A DNA stretch of 42,715 nt from a virus (Duplodnaviria; Caudoviricetes). The stretch covers positions 1 through 42,715 of IMG/VR virus record IMGVR_UViG_3300024283_000302. The stretch is one strand, 5' to 3'. Positions 8,047-17,231 of this stretch are shown here, in pieces. The notes below the pieces were generated by a model, which was given only the letters and a program-made list of their open reading frames with translations, searched no databases and was not told the DNA's origin. Each line of letters opens with the position of its first letter. The first letter of the stretch is position 1. A program made the translations under genes and the position numbers.

Positions 8047-9575
8047 TACTGCCCCGTGTACGGAACCCACTTGCCGTTCCGTTTGATTTGCTGTGCGTTG
8101 CCGACTTTGATAATAGTGCCTTCGGGCGCGACGTTGCCGCTCGGAGCGGGTTTCGCCGTCGCTCCCGGACGATTCGGCTGAAACTTCCCGATGTCCCCGT
8201 ACGTGTTGAGGAACGTCCCAATCGCGTCGATCGACCCCTTAATCGCCTGGGGCGTCATCGCGGGATTGAGAGTTTGGTCGAAGGATTGAAGGATTTGTGC
8301 TCCGCCCCTCGCGCCGAAGTGGGCACGGACGGCTCCGGACTTCAGTAGTTTTAGCGTCGTGAGGAAATTCGCCACGTCGGGGTCGTTCCCACCGTAACCT
8401 TTCGTTAAGAACTCGTTCAACCGGCCCATCAACGGCCCGAGTTCGCCTTTACGTGCCAGGTTATCCACAGCCGTCTTAAACTCTGGAATGTGCGACGCGA
8501 CGGCTCCCGCCGCTTGACCAGCGGTGCGGGTGGCGGCGGTCGGACCTTGCTGGGAGAATTCGGTCTGGGCTTTGGGGAGTCCCCGTTGCAACCTCTCCGC
8601 ATCCGTCATCGGCACTAAATCGCCATTTTCGTCGTACACGTCCACGACGCCGGCCTGGCGCCCGGCTACGGCCCGGGTCATCGAAGGCGACGAAACGGAG
8701 ATTTGATGCAGCCGCCGTCCCGTATTATCCACAACCCACAACCCTTCTTGGCCCAAATCCTTGATCCCCGCGCCGTGCGCTCGTAATGCGGCGCTGAAAT
8801 TCTTCAACGTCGCGCCGGAAATCGATTTCCCCGCGAGTTCGGGTTGTTCGGCGAGTTCAGCCATTTGTGGCGACACAACCATCGGTGCGCCTTGGCGCAA
8901 CAACTCCCGCTGATACGCGCCTTTGTCCTTCACGTTCTGAAGCGCGACCGCGCCCGTATTCTTGAGCCCCTGGACGCTCGTAGCGGCGTTCGCTCGCGTC
9001 CCCGCGACGTTCTCCGTCGTCTCGTTCCGTCCGGACATGTAATCCGCGTACGCCTTCGCTTTGGGGATCTCGACGTTTTGGAGTTCCGCGCGTTTCAACG
9101 CGCCGGCTTTCTCCGCGGCGAGTTCGTCCCGGAGCATCTGGGCACCGACGGGAGCGTGGCCCTCCGGTCCCCCGGCGGCTTCCAACGCCCCGCCGATCGC
9201 GCCGATATAAGGTAAAATTTTCCCTATTCTCTCTCCCACCGTCGCTTTATGGGGGGCGAGTTGGGGCCGGGCGGTCGCTGGAGGGGCCGCGAGCGTGTTC
9301 AAGGGGTTCTCGGGTGCCGGGGCACTCTGCGGCTGTCCTGGGACGAAATTTGGCGCGGGAGGAACGGGATTGTCGCCCGTGGTGAGGGCGTTAAGGACGT
9401 TTTGAGGCGGGGGTTCCGCAGCCGCAACGGCCGCGTCACCAGTGGGTAAGGGCGGTGGAACTGCGGCGTTCGCGTCTCCCCCCAACCCACCGCGTATCGC
9501 CGCGGCGACCTCGGGAGGGATCACGCCGGGAGCTTTCGGATTCAAAAGAGTTGGGTCCACGCTTAACCTCCCCAT
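8046..9575 (-). CDS. DNA-ejection (internal virion) protein
   Basis: 509 aa; Pro-rich N-terminus, IGAIGGAL hydrophobic patch, C-terminal PEGTIIK...NGKWVP module. Confidence 0.7.
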   Translation of the reverse strand: MGRLSVDPTLLNPKAPGVIPPEVAAAIRGGLGGDANAAVPPPLPTGDAAVAAAEPPPQNVLNALTTGDNPVPPAPNFVPGQPQSAPAPENPLNTLAAPPATARPQLAPHKATVGERIGKILPYIGAIGGALEAAGGPEGHAPVGAQMLRDELAAEKAGALKRAELQNVEIPKAKAYADYMSGRNETTENVAGTRANAATSVQGLKNTGAVALQNVKDKGAYQRELLRQGAPMVVSPQMAELAEQPELAGKSISGATLKNFSAALRAHGAGIKDLGQEGLWVVDNTGRRLHQISVSSPSMTRAVAGRQAGVVDVYDENGDLVPMTDAERLQRGLPKAQTEFSQQGPTAATRTAGQAAGAVASHIPEFKTAVDNLARKGELGPLMGRLNEFLTKGYGGNDPDVANFLTTLKLLKSGAVRAHFGARGGAQILQSFDQTLNPAMTPQAIKGSIDAIGTFLNTYGDIGKFQPNRPGATAKPAPSGNVAPEGTIIKVGNAQQIKRNGKWVPYTGQ

Positions 9576-10222
9576 CCACCGGAACTAAACGCTTTCGGCA
9601 TCCCTGCAATCGAGCTCGCCAATGACACGCCCGTCGCCACGCCTTTGCCGATATCGCCCAACGTCGAGCCCATTTGGGATTGCGCGGTTGCGGAGTTAGA
9701 AGCGGTGCCTAACGCACGGTTCGGGTCGTACAAATTCTGCAACCCGCTTCTTGCGTTCATTGCCGCGAGCGTGTTCTCGCGCTGGAGCATGAGCGCATCG
9801 TTATACGCTTTGTTCTCGCTCCCCGCTTGGGCCACGTTAGCGGAGTTGATACCAGAAGAGAAAGCTGCATCCGGTGTGCCGGCGAACCCTCTCTGCGCGT
9901 TTACGCGTGCGACATTCTGTCGCGCATTGCCGTAATTTCGGTTGATATCGGCGAGGGAGTTCGCTAGATACGCGGCGGACGATTGGCCAAGACCGCCCGG
10001 GCCTGATTGTTCGAGCCCGCCAATATCCTTGTTCTCCGCGCCGTACTGTTCGCCCTGGCGCGAGGTGTCGGTGGCGGAGTTAGCGAGAGCGGTGTCGGTT
10101 ACTTTTTGTTGGCTCTCGCGGCCCTTCTTATTCTGTTCGACTGGCCCGGCATAGATAATCCAGTCGTGGTCCAACACCCAACCCGTCGCCATATCGACTT
10201 CGATTTTTCGCGTAATCCTCAT
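9563..10222 (-). CDS. Small ejection/pilot protein (P22 gp7-like)
   Basis: N-terminal RITRKIEVDMATG...YAGPV leader; Gln/Asn/Ala-rich body; Gly-rich hydrophobic C-terminus; position. Confidence 0.65.
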   Translation of the reverse strand: MRITRKIEVDMATGWVLDHDWIIYAGPVEQNKKGRESQQKVTDTALANSATDTSRQGEQYGAENKDIGGLEQSGPGGLGQSSAAYLANSLADINRNYGNARQNVARVNAQRGFAGTPDAAFSSGINSANVAQAGSENKAYNDALMLQRENTLAAMNARSGLQNLYDPNRALGTASNSATAQSQMGSTLGDIGKGVATGVSLASSIAGMPKAFSSGGWGG

Positions 10223-10241
10223 ACCACCGCCTGGTTATAGT

Positions 10242-10742
10242 TTACTCTGGGGAGTCCACCGCACGTTGTAAAGCCGCGCGTTCGGCGGCATCGCGTTCGG
10301 CGCCGAGCAATGGCACGGTGTCGGGTCTCATCGCCCGTCGCAGCACAACACACCGTTGCACCGTAACGTCGTACCCGTAGTGCTTCAACAACCGCAAGTA
10401 ATCTTCCTCGCTCTCGGGTATCGCGATATAGATATCGACCGCCCCGGAGCGTTTCTGCGCCGCGTGGCTCAAATACGTCTCTAACTTCACCAACGCCGAG
10501 AAAACGTCCGATGCCGACGCGTTGGGGTTCTTAATCAACGGATCGAGCACCACCGCATCGATCGCCGTAAGCGACGCGATGATCTCACCGTTTTTCACGG
10601 CCAGAGAAGTTTCGACGTGCCCACCACATGAGTTGTAATCGTGCGGAATCTCCAGGTCGCCTTTTGTATAAGCACGCCTGAATTTCTCCAACGTCCTGAC
10701 CTGTTCCGAGTTCTCCAACGGCGCTAAAAATATTGATTTCAT
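10242..10742 (-). CDS. GNAT-fold-like virion assembly protein (P22 gp14 position)
   Basis: NGEIIAS...IYIAI...LLKHYGY pattern; lies between nozzle and ejection genes. Confidence 0.5.
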   Translation of the reverse strand: MKSIFLAPLENSEQVRTLEKFRRAYTKGDLEIPHDYNSCGGHVETSLAVKNGEIIASLTAIDAVVLDPLIKNPNASASDVFSALVKLETYLSHAAQKRSGAVDIYIAIPESEEDYLRLLKHYGYDVTVQRCVVLRRAMRPDTVPLLGAERDAAERAALQRAVDSPE

Positions 10743-10752
10743 TCCCTCTCCT

Positions 10753-11253
10753 CTACGGCAAATCCCGGTAATTTCCATTCCCACTCTTCGCATTCAGCGC
10801 GTCGCGGTTGGACAAGTCCGTTCCCGTCACGGACGCGGTGGCGGTATCGTTCGGGGCGATTGCGGTCGAACTCAGGACGCTCGTGGGCTTCCCCAACACG
10901 TTCTGCGGGTTCTTCACCGTGCCAGCGGTCGCCCGCACGCGATAATACCGCACTGTCGGCGCGGTCCCGGTCGAAGTCGGCACGGTGTCGAAGTGAGCGT
11001 TGGCATTGTTTCCTGGAAGCAGATGCGCGGTGAGCAACACCGAGAAATCTCCCGTCGAACTAATCTCCACCTGATACCCATCCGCGCCCTTCACCGCGCT
11101 CCACGTTAAATAATTCCCTCCCTGCTTCGACGCGACGGCGAAGTTCGCGGGGATGGGCGGAGAGGTGGGGGAGAAGAGAGTTTGGCGCAACCCCGCTTGC
11201 CATTGTGCCAGGCCCGGGATTGTGGTGATCGTGGGAATCGTGCTCTGGGCCAT
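10753..11253 (-). CDS. Fibronectin-III-like tail-associated protein
   Basis: PANF...LTWSAVKGADGYQVE...YYRVRA FN3 signature. Confidence 0.65.
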   Translation of the reverse strand: MAQSTIPTITTIPGLAQWQAGLRQTLFSPTSPPIPANFAVASKQGGNYLTWSAVKGADGYQVEISSTGDFSVLLTAHLLPGNNANAHFDTVPTSTGTAPTVRYYRVRATAGTVKNPQNVLGKPTSVLSSTAIAPNDTATASVTGTDLSNRDALNAKSGNGNYRDLP

Positions 11254-11334
11254 TTACGCTCCGGTCAAGTTTTCTTGCGAAAAAACGTGACATTCCGCTG
11301 TACATCTAGTTTATATTGTGGTAGAGTGGGGAAC

Positions 11335-11502
11335 ATGCAGGAATACAAAGTTGCGGGAATTCGGGTTTTTACGGCGGATTGGATGAAACCGGACGAGATA
11401 GTGGTGGTTCCCGACCGTCGCACGCTTGAATCGGATGACGAATACTGGAACCGCGTTCGTTCACAAGCGGTGATTGTGCGTGGAATCGAGATACCGAAAT
11501 GA
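11335..11502 (+). CDS. Hypothetical moron protein (55 aa), leaderless
   Basis: TGTACA-N17-TAGAGT ending 7 nt before ATG; stop overlaps next start. Confidence 0.55.
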   Translation: MQEYKVAGIRVFTADWMKPDEIVVVPDRRTLESDDEYWNRVRSQAVIVRGIEIPK

Positions 11503-11807
11503 GCGATTTTGGCGAAACCTTCAGTCCGGTTGCCGCAAAAGAACACCGTTGTATCTGGTGCTACTGGCGAATCCCAAAAGGTGAGAAGCACAAACTTTAC
11601 AAGGGTGTGTACGACGGTGAATGGCAAAACTGGAGAATGCACAACGAGTGTTTTGAGGAACAACAAAAAGAAGCCCTGATTGGCTATCCCGAATTTACGC
11701 CGGGAGAAGCCAATCCGCCCGAAAGAATTCGACTCTTGTTCACGCCGTCCCCTTCGACCCCGAAAAATTCTCGTTCCTCGGAATCTGGCGCAGCTCCCAC
11801 GTCTTAA
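11499..11807 (+). CDS. Small Zn-binding phage protein (moron)
   Basis: AAKEHRCIWC...IPKGEK...MHNEC (CxxC...HxxC). Confidence 0.65.
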   Translation: MSDFGETFSPVAAKEHRCIWCYWRIPKGEKHKLYKGVYDGEWQNWRMHNECFEEQQKEALIGYPEFTPGEANPPERIRLLFTPSPSTPKNSRSSESGAAPTS

Positions 11808-11910
11808 CCCCGTCCGTCGCGTACAACACGCCCTCGATCTCGGCCCATTGGAGCGGTGTGGGGGAGAGGATCACGAAATCCGAAAAACGAATCGTAGTAA
11901 CGACGGCCAC
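11740..11910 (-). CDS. Putative 56-aa minigene resembling one nozzle propeller blade
   Basis: TAAAAT box 11939-11944, AAAGG RBS-like site, GTG 11910; LYATDGVKTWEL resembles nozzle LHIADGTNSWLY. Confidence 0.35.
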   Translation of the reverse strand: MAVVTTIRFSDFVILSPTPLQWAEIEGVLYATDGVKTWELRQIPRNENFSGSKGTA

Positions 11911-11936
11911 AGCGCACGACCTTTCGCGTTCTGTAG

Positions 11937-14108
11937 CTATTTTATCGTTTCCGCGGCGGGATCGGATTTCAGCATGATTCCGCGTAATGACCCGGCGTTC
12001 GTGCTCGCCGCGACCAGAATCTCGACCATCAATCTCTTGCACGTCACTCCCACCACGCCGTCGGTCGCCGCGAAGTACGCACGATATCGACTGGCGGAAT
12101 CGGGCACCAACGCCGCATTCATCGGGCCAAACGGCGTGCCGGGACTGTCGGCGTTCTGCGGATCGAGGTAGAAATTTATCGTAACGTCGTTCGCGAGATT
12201 CGCCGTCGAAGTCTCGTACTCAATATAGTCGGGAACGTGCATGATGTCGGGACGGTTGAAGTTGATGAGCGCGGTGCGGAACGTCGCAGCGGGCAACGTC
12301 GCATTCACGTACGTCCCTGAAACGTCGTCCATTACGTAGACGAAACCATCCGTTCCGCCACCCACCAGAATCTTGTTCCCGGCGGTCGGTTCGAACACCG
12401 CTACACTCACGAACCCCCGTTGCGACTCCCACCACGATTTCGTGGGCCAATCGTAGACGTAGGTGTGGTAGACGTTGGAGGTGTCTTGATAGCAAACCAC
12501 TAACCAATCCCGCGAGTTGTATTTGTACGGCAGAATCCGCACATTATCAATATCCGACGCGAGAATCGTGAGGAATTTCGTGCGCATCGGTCGGCCGATC
12601 TCGACGAGCTGGTCCGTAACGTTGAAATCCTGAGGCGTGATATTCCCGTAAATCGGCGAGATCGGCGGGTAGTTCTTCAGGAGCTTATCGTACCCGAAAA
12701 TCACCAATCCATGTGACGTTGACGCCATGCCCCACCGCGATATCACCCCGCCGTCAATCGTGACGACCTGCATTATGCCGAAGTCGTCGATCGAATTCCC
12801 GTAAAGCGGGATAATCCCGGACTCCGTGCCCATCCACAACGCGTCGGCGTGGGATTTCAACGCCCGGATGCGGTTCGCTTCTTGCGGATACGCGAACACG
12901 TCCACGATATCGGAGAGCGTTGCGGCGCCCGCTTGGCCGGGGTTCGATTCCTGCGGACTCCCGTTCCCGTTCCCGCTCGACACTTCCTCGTTCGCCGAGA
13001 ACCCCACGAAACTCGGCTTCGTCTCCTGCCGGCGGAAGATTCGCGACTTGTGGACTTCGACGATCCGCGAACCGAACGGCGGGTCGTTGCGGATCGGTCG
13101 ATCAACATTCTGAATTGTGGACGTGGGATCCGTAATAAACGCCGCCTGGTCAATGTAAACGGGTGGGTTCGCCGTCACCGCGATGTGCCCCAGAAACTTC
13201 CCGAGCTTACTCCCCTCGGTCTCGCTCCCGTAATAATGAATGTGCGTGGTGCGCGGCGGAACCACCAAATACCCGCCCGTTTGCGACGACGGCGCATTCG
13301 CCGCGAGCGTCATGTGCGTGGCGTCCGTGAATGACGCAATCGCTCCCATATTCACGCCGTTGACGTAGAGATACTGTCCGACCATTGCGGCGGTGAAAAT
13401 GCTCGTGCCCGTGACCGCTGTGGAACCAATCGTCGTCGTGGCGTTCCCCGCCGTGACGCTCACCTTCACTTCTTTATTGACGATCACGCCGGTCGTGTCG
13501 CTAATCGGCGAAGTCGAGGATTCGTGAACCCGCCCCGCCGTCTCGTCCGCCAGCGTGTACCAATAATAACGTCCGACTGTTGTGGTGAGCGTGCCAGCCG
13601 TCCCCGCATCAATCCCGGGTTTGTTCGTGGGAATCGGGAAACCTTCGACCACGAATGTCGCGTTGGGGCCGTCGTAGAGCCACGAATTCGTTCCATCGGC
13701 GATGTGCAGGAGATTATTAAGAACGCAGAATTGGGGCGTGTCGCTGAACGGCGTGGTCGTCGTGAATCCCGTCGCCGGATTTATCAACGACTGAATCACC
13801 CACGCGCCCGCGACTTCTTTATAAATCTGCGTCGCCGTGCAAGCGAACCTCGCGCTTTGGCGCACACCGGATGTATCGTTAAACGGATAGTCCACCAATG
13901 CCGTGACCTTCGACGGTGCGCCAATTTGCGTGGCGAGATACTTCGCCTGGCCCGATTCCCTCGCGAGTTCGCCCGAAATCGACGGGATGAACGACAAAAC
14001 GCGCCGGGCGGTGTTGGGCGATTGCGAGTCTTGGCCCGCGAAGGTTTCTTCACTCCCGCAAAGGTTAAAGATATACGTCTCGGAATCCTTCGGGCTTTTG
14101 GGCGGCAT
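11937..14108 (-). CDS. Tail nozzle / DNA stabilization protein (P22 gp10, T7 gp12 type)
   Basis: 723 aa beta-propeller-like (LHIADG, LWMGT, TYVYDW, ILVGGGTDG); directly follows adaptor. Confidence 0.8.
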   Translation of the reverse strand: MPPKSPKDSETYIFNLCGSEETFAGQDSQSPNTARRVLSFIPSISGELARESGQAKYLATQIGAPSKVTALVDYPFNDTSGVRQSARFACTATQIYKEVAGAWVIQSLINPATGFTTTTPFSDTPQFCVLNNLLHIADGTNSWLYDGPNATFVVEGFPIPTNKPGIDAGTAGTLTTTVGRYYWYTLADETAGRVHESSTSPISDTTGVIVNKEVKVSVTAGNATTTIGSTAVTGTSIFTAAMVGQYLYVNGVNMGAIASFTDATHMTLAANAPSSQTGGYLVVPPRTTHIHYYGSETEGSKLGKFLGHIAVTANPPVYIDQAAFITDPTSTIQNVDRPIRNDPPFGSRIVEVHKSRIFRRQETKPSFVGFSANEEVSSGNGNGSPQESNPGQAGAATLSDIVDVFAYPQEANRIRALKSHADALWMGTESGIIPLYGNSIDDFGIMQVVTIDGGVISRWGMASTSHGLVIFGYDKLLKNYPPISPIYGNITPQDFNVTDQLVEIGRPMRTKFLTILASDIDNVRILPYKYNSRDWLVVCYQDTSNVYHTYVYDWPTKSWWESQRGFVSVAVFEPTAGNKILVGGGTDGFVYVMDDVSGTYVNATLPAATFRTALINFNRPDIMHVPDYIEYETSTANLANDVTINFYLDPQNADSPGTPFGPMNAALVPDSASRYRAYFAATDGVVGVTCKRLMVEILVAASTNAGSLRGIMLKSDPAAETIK

Positions 14109-14822
14109 CTAGTATTCTGCCTCTGCACTGAAATTCGCGTTTGTTTCGCTCCGATTCCCCGCTGCCTGCACCGTCGCAATAATCCCGTTCCTCCACGCTT
14201 CCACCCACATCGCGAACGCGGTCGGATCATTAATCGACTGCAACCGTTTCACGGCGAACGTTGTGATGTCGTTGGTGAACGGTGCGACGGTTTCGTCAAT
14301 CGTGCCGCCCGATTGCAGCATCGGCAGCGCGCGAACGTACCAAACTTTCAACGTGAATGCGACTTCAGGATACCGCGCGAGGATGAGGGTATTTTTGCCG
14401 ACGATTGAATAAAAATATACTGACGTAAACTCGTCGATCGCAGAGGTGCTTGAACTCGGCCCAATCGCGGTCGAGTTATTACGCTGGGTCACAAATTCCG
14501 GATGATGAATTTTTCGATAAAGAAATTGTACGCGTTCGTAACCCGTCGGCGCGAGAACTTCGATGAAACGCGGTCGTAAGCAATCGCCAGGGAGCGTGTA
14601 CTCACGGGTCGTCGTGTTCAGTGCGGCGAAGGTGTTGGTTTGGGAGGCGGTGGTCGTGGTGGACTGAAGAAAGAAGTCGTCCGCAACCGCCACCAATGCC
14701 TTCCACACCTCCGCCAGCCCCTCGTTAATCGCCGAAGTGTATTGTGACGGCGTGGAGGCGTTGGCGCGACCGCCCATGCGGGCTTGCACGTCGGAGAGGA
14801 TTTGGGCGTAAGAAACGGACAT
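14109..14822 (-). CDS. Head-tail adaptor (P22 gp4 / T7 gp11 type)
   Basis: ILSDVQARMG...AINEGLAEVW...EYTLPGDC...LKVWY pattern. Confidence 0.75.
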   Translation of the reverse strand: MSVSYAQILSDVQARMGGRANASTPSQYTSAINEGLAEVWKALVAVADDFFLQSTTTTASQTNTFAALNTTTREYTLPGDCLRPRFIEVLAPTGYERVQFLYRKIHHPEFVTQRNNSTAIGPSSSTSAIDEFTSVYFYSIVGKNTLILARYPEVAFTLKVWYVRALPMLQSGGTIDETVAPFTNDITTFAVKRLQSINDPTAFAMWVEAWRNGIIATVQAAGNRSETNANFSAEAEY

Positions 14823-14844
14823 TCAGGACGCTCCTGAGTCTAGT

Positions 14845-15489
14845 TTATAGGAGCGGACGGCCGTGGGCGTCAACGAGAATACGCTTTCGAGTTGAGGACT
14901 CGACCGGCGCGGACGAACTCAGGATGGATTGGTCCTCGCGCAGACCGAGGGCGGATTTGAGTGTGCGTTGCCCCAACTGCACTTCGCGCAATAGCCCCTT
15001 GCGTTTCTTCGACATCATAAAATCATAGGGCGAGATGCCGCCGTTGCCGCGACCGAACGCTTCTCCCGCCGCGTTCTCAATCCACGACGCGAACTTCTCG
15101 TCCTCGCGTGCGTTCGCCGCGAACTCCTCCGCCTCCACTTTATCGGCGTACCTTGAATACCCACCGTACCGCTTCATATCGCCCAGGCACAACGCGTTAT
15201 AAACCTGCGCGTCCACTCTATCCACCATCACAATCACGCGTTTGCCGCGTTCGAGAGAGATGATTTCCTCGTTGATCCCCGCGAGATCGTCGCGGTCGGC
15301 TTGAGTAGCGTTAAAACGCCGGCACCGTAGTTCCTCACGCTCCCGTTTCCGTCGCAACCATTTAAGCTCGACAATCGGCGTTACTGCGGTGCGCTCAATC
15401 ACCCACCTTCCGACGTGCTCGCCCCACCGCACCGATAAAAGCGGATCCATCGCCGCAAGCGTGTTCGAGATCGATTCGGGTGGGAGCAT
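14845..15489 (-). CDS. Hypothetical late protein (214 aa)
   Basis: ATG 15489 overlaps upstream stop; DPLLSVRW...RWVIER. Confidence 0.65.
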   Translation of the reverse strand: MLPPESISNTLAAMDPLLSVRWGEHVGRWVIERTAVTPIVELKWLRRKREREELRCRRFNATQADRDDLAGINEEIISLERGKRVIVMVDRVDAQVYNALCLGDMKRYGGYSRYADKVEAEEFAANAREDEKFASWIENAAGEAFGRGNGGISPYDFMMSKKRKGLLREVQLGQRTLKSALGLREDQSILSSSAPVESSTRKRILVDAHGRPLL

Positions 15490-15737
15490 TATTTCGCGTC
15501 CTCGAACACGAGAACTTCTCCTGTGCCTATAGATTGATCTGGGTTGACGGTAAAACGAACTTGAACGTTCAAACCGTTGACACAAACGCGGGTTATTACA
15601 CGGTTGCGTCCGCCTGGCCATTTCTGAGTCACAATGTTTGCGCCATCAGGAAAACGTTCATACTCAGAGTGTAGCTCCGCCACAACGGCGGGTTGCTTGA
15701 CAATAGCTTCGGGAATTTCTTTCGCAGCAATCGACAT
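15489..15737 (-). CDS. Hypothetical protein (82 aa)
   Basis: Abuts genes on both sides. Confidence 0.6.
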   Translation of the reverse strand: MSIAAKEIPEAIVKQPAVVAELHSEYERFPDGANIVTQKWPGGRNRVITRVCVNGLNVQVRFTVNPDQSIGTGEVLVFEDAK

Positions 15738-16241
15738 TTATTTCGCGTCCCTTTCGAGCCAGGCACGTAACCACTGTCCGTAGACCCCGGGATTCATCTC
15801 GGCGAGATGACGGTGGCGTGCGGCGGCGGCGTCACAGAGTTTCTTAAATGCGACTTCCGCGTCCGTTTGATTGAGCGCCAGAAGTGTGACCGGCCCGATC
15901 TGGCCGTCCACCCTCACCCCAGCGACCTCTTGGAGCATTTTTGCGGCCGTCCCGACTCCCTGATTCACGGCGATATCGTAAACTTTGTTCGCGACATCCT
16001 GTGATATTACGCTACCGAGCTTGAGCGGCGCCCAATAATCGCGTTCGAACAACTTCTCGGCGAATTCCAGCGCGTGTTCGTAGGAGCCGGTCCAGAAGTC
16101 ATCGGGAAGCTCGGGGTGGGCGAGGGAGTTCACGCCCAAACGCGCCCGACCGCCGTGGGGCTCCGCAGAGACCGCCCCGGGATGCCGAGGATCGTCCTCG
16201 AACGCCATCGTCCGTAAAAAGGCTGTGCGGAAATCGGCCAT
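15738..16241 (-). CDS. Endolysin, glycoside hydrolase family 108 with peptidoglycan-binding segment
   Basis: TMAFE...GG...GVN...HP...YW...YDIAVNQG...LQEVAGVRVDGQIGPVTL...WLER. Confidence 0.85.
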   Translation of the reverse strand: MADFRTAFLRTMAFEDDPRHPGAVSAEPHGGRARLGVNSLAHPELPDDFWTGSYEHALEFAEKLFERDYWAPLKLGSVISQDVANKVYDIAVNQGVGTAAKMLQEVAGVRVDGQIGPVTLLALNQTDAEVAFKKLCDAAAARHRHLAEMNPGVYGQWLRAWLERDAK

Positions 16242-16492
16242 TACGCGCCGGGCTCCAGGGACTTTTCGGGCTCGGGAGATTTCTCTAGCTCCTTAACCCG
16301 CACCGAAGCGGCAACGTGCTCGAACTCGGCAGCGAACATCTCCTCCGCGATCTCCGCGCCGGGGAATCGCGCATCAAACGCGCTCTTGAACTGTGCGGCT
16401 TTAGAGGCGTCGTCCAATGCCGGCCGCACCTCATCCAATTTCTTCTTCAACTCGTGGGCGAATTCAACCTGGTCTTGAGAACAATAAATCAC
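16241..16492 (-). CDS. Hypothetical protein (83 aa)
   Basis: GAGGTG RBS; GTG overlaps upstream TGA. Confidence 0.6.
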   Translation of the reverse strand: MIYCSQDQVEFAHELKKKLDEVRPALDDASKAAQFKSAFDARFPGAEIAEEMFAAEFEHVAASVRVKELEKSPEPEKSLEPGA

Positions 16493-16968
16493 GCGCTCAC
16501 CTCTTTCATTTCCGCAACCGCCGCCTGGTCCTCTTCGCATTCGAGGATGTGATTCTTCAAACGCTCGACCGTGCCTTGATCGATCGTACAAATCGGGCAC
16601 GTAGTCTTACGGGCGCGTTTGGCGCTGGGTTGTTCTTGATTGGTCGGCCACTTCTCGACGATTTCGAGAACGGGGATAAACGCGGCGTCGAGGGCCGACT
16701 CAAATTTGACCCCTGCCCACTCCGTCGGCGAGCCGCCGAACAAAATCCCCTGCGCATAGAGCCCCCGCGCGACATCATCGTTTACAGTGATGATCTTACC
16801 GGGTTCAAACTCATACGCTACAGCGTCGTGCTTCACCACGTACGTCTTCGGGCCGGTGGGTTTGCGGAACTTATCGAGTGGACCACGCGCACGGAACGCG
16901 CCGTTGGTCTCCAGGGTCTTCAGCACCGCGTCTTCGTCGGTAAGCCGCAGCGATACGTTGTAGGACAT
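16489..16968 (-). CDS. Late protein with C-terminal Zn finger
   Basis: GAGGAG RBS; CPIC-x12-H-x3-C. Confidence 0.7.
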   Translation of the reverse strand: MSYNVSLRLTDEDAVLKTLETNGAFRARGPLDKFRKPTGPKTYVVKHDAVAYEFEPGKIITVNDDVARGLYAQGILFGGSPTEWAGVKFESALDAAFIPVLEIVEKWPTNQEQPSAKRARKTTCPICTIDQGTVERLKNHILECEEDQAAVAEMKEVSA

Positions 16969-17073
16969 GGTGGAAATCTCCTCTTTTTGCGCGAACTCGT
17001 CCGGGTAAATCGCTTCTGGCCGGGAGCCCGAGTTCGCGGGACGGAGTAGCCGTCTAGAGATAGTCTATCAAAC

Positions 17074-17149
17074 TGGTGCGGTCGGAGAGATTCGAACTCT
17101 CACTGAGCGGGTCTTAAATCCACTGCCTCTGCCGTTGGGCTACGACCGC
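17074..17149 (-). tRNA. trnL: tRNA-Leu(UAA), short variable loop
   Basis: Acceptor GCGGTCG/CGACCGC, loop TTTAAGA, T-arm GAGAG-TTCGAAT-CTCTC, A73 and encoded CCA; 76 nt. Confidence 0.88.
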
Positions 17150-17154
17150 GAGAA

Positions 17155-17230
17155 TGGTAGGCCGGGTGGGAGTCGAACCCACAAATAGCAGTTTCTAAGA
17201 CTGCTCTCTTTGCCATTTGAGTACCGGCCT
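17155..17230 (-). tRNA. trnL: tRNA-Leu(UAG), short variable loop
   Basis: Acceptor AGGCCGG/CCGGCCT, arm GCAGT-CTTAGAA-ACTGC, T-loop TTCGACT, ACCA; 76 nt. Confidence 0.9.
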
Positions 17231-17231
17231 G

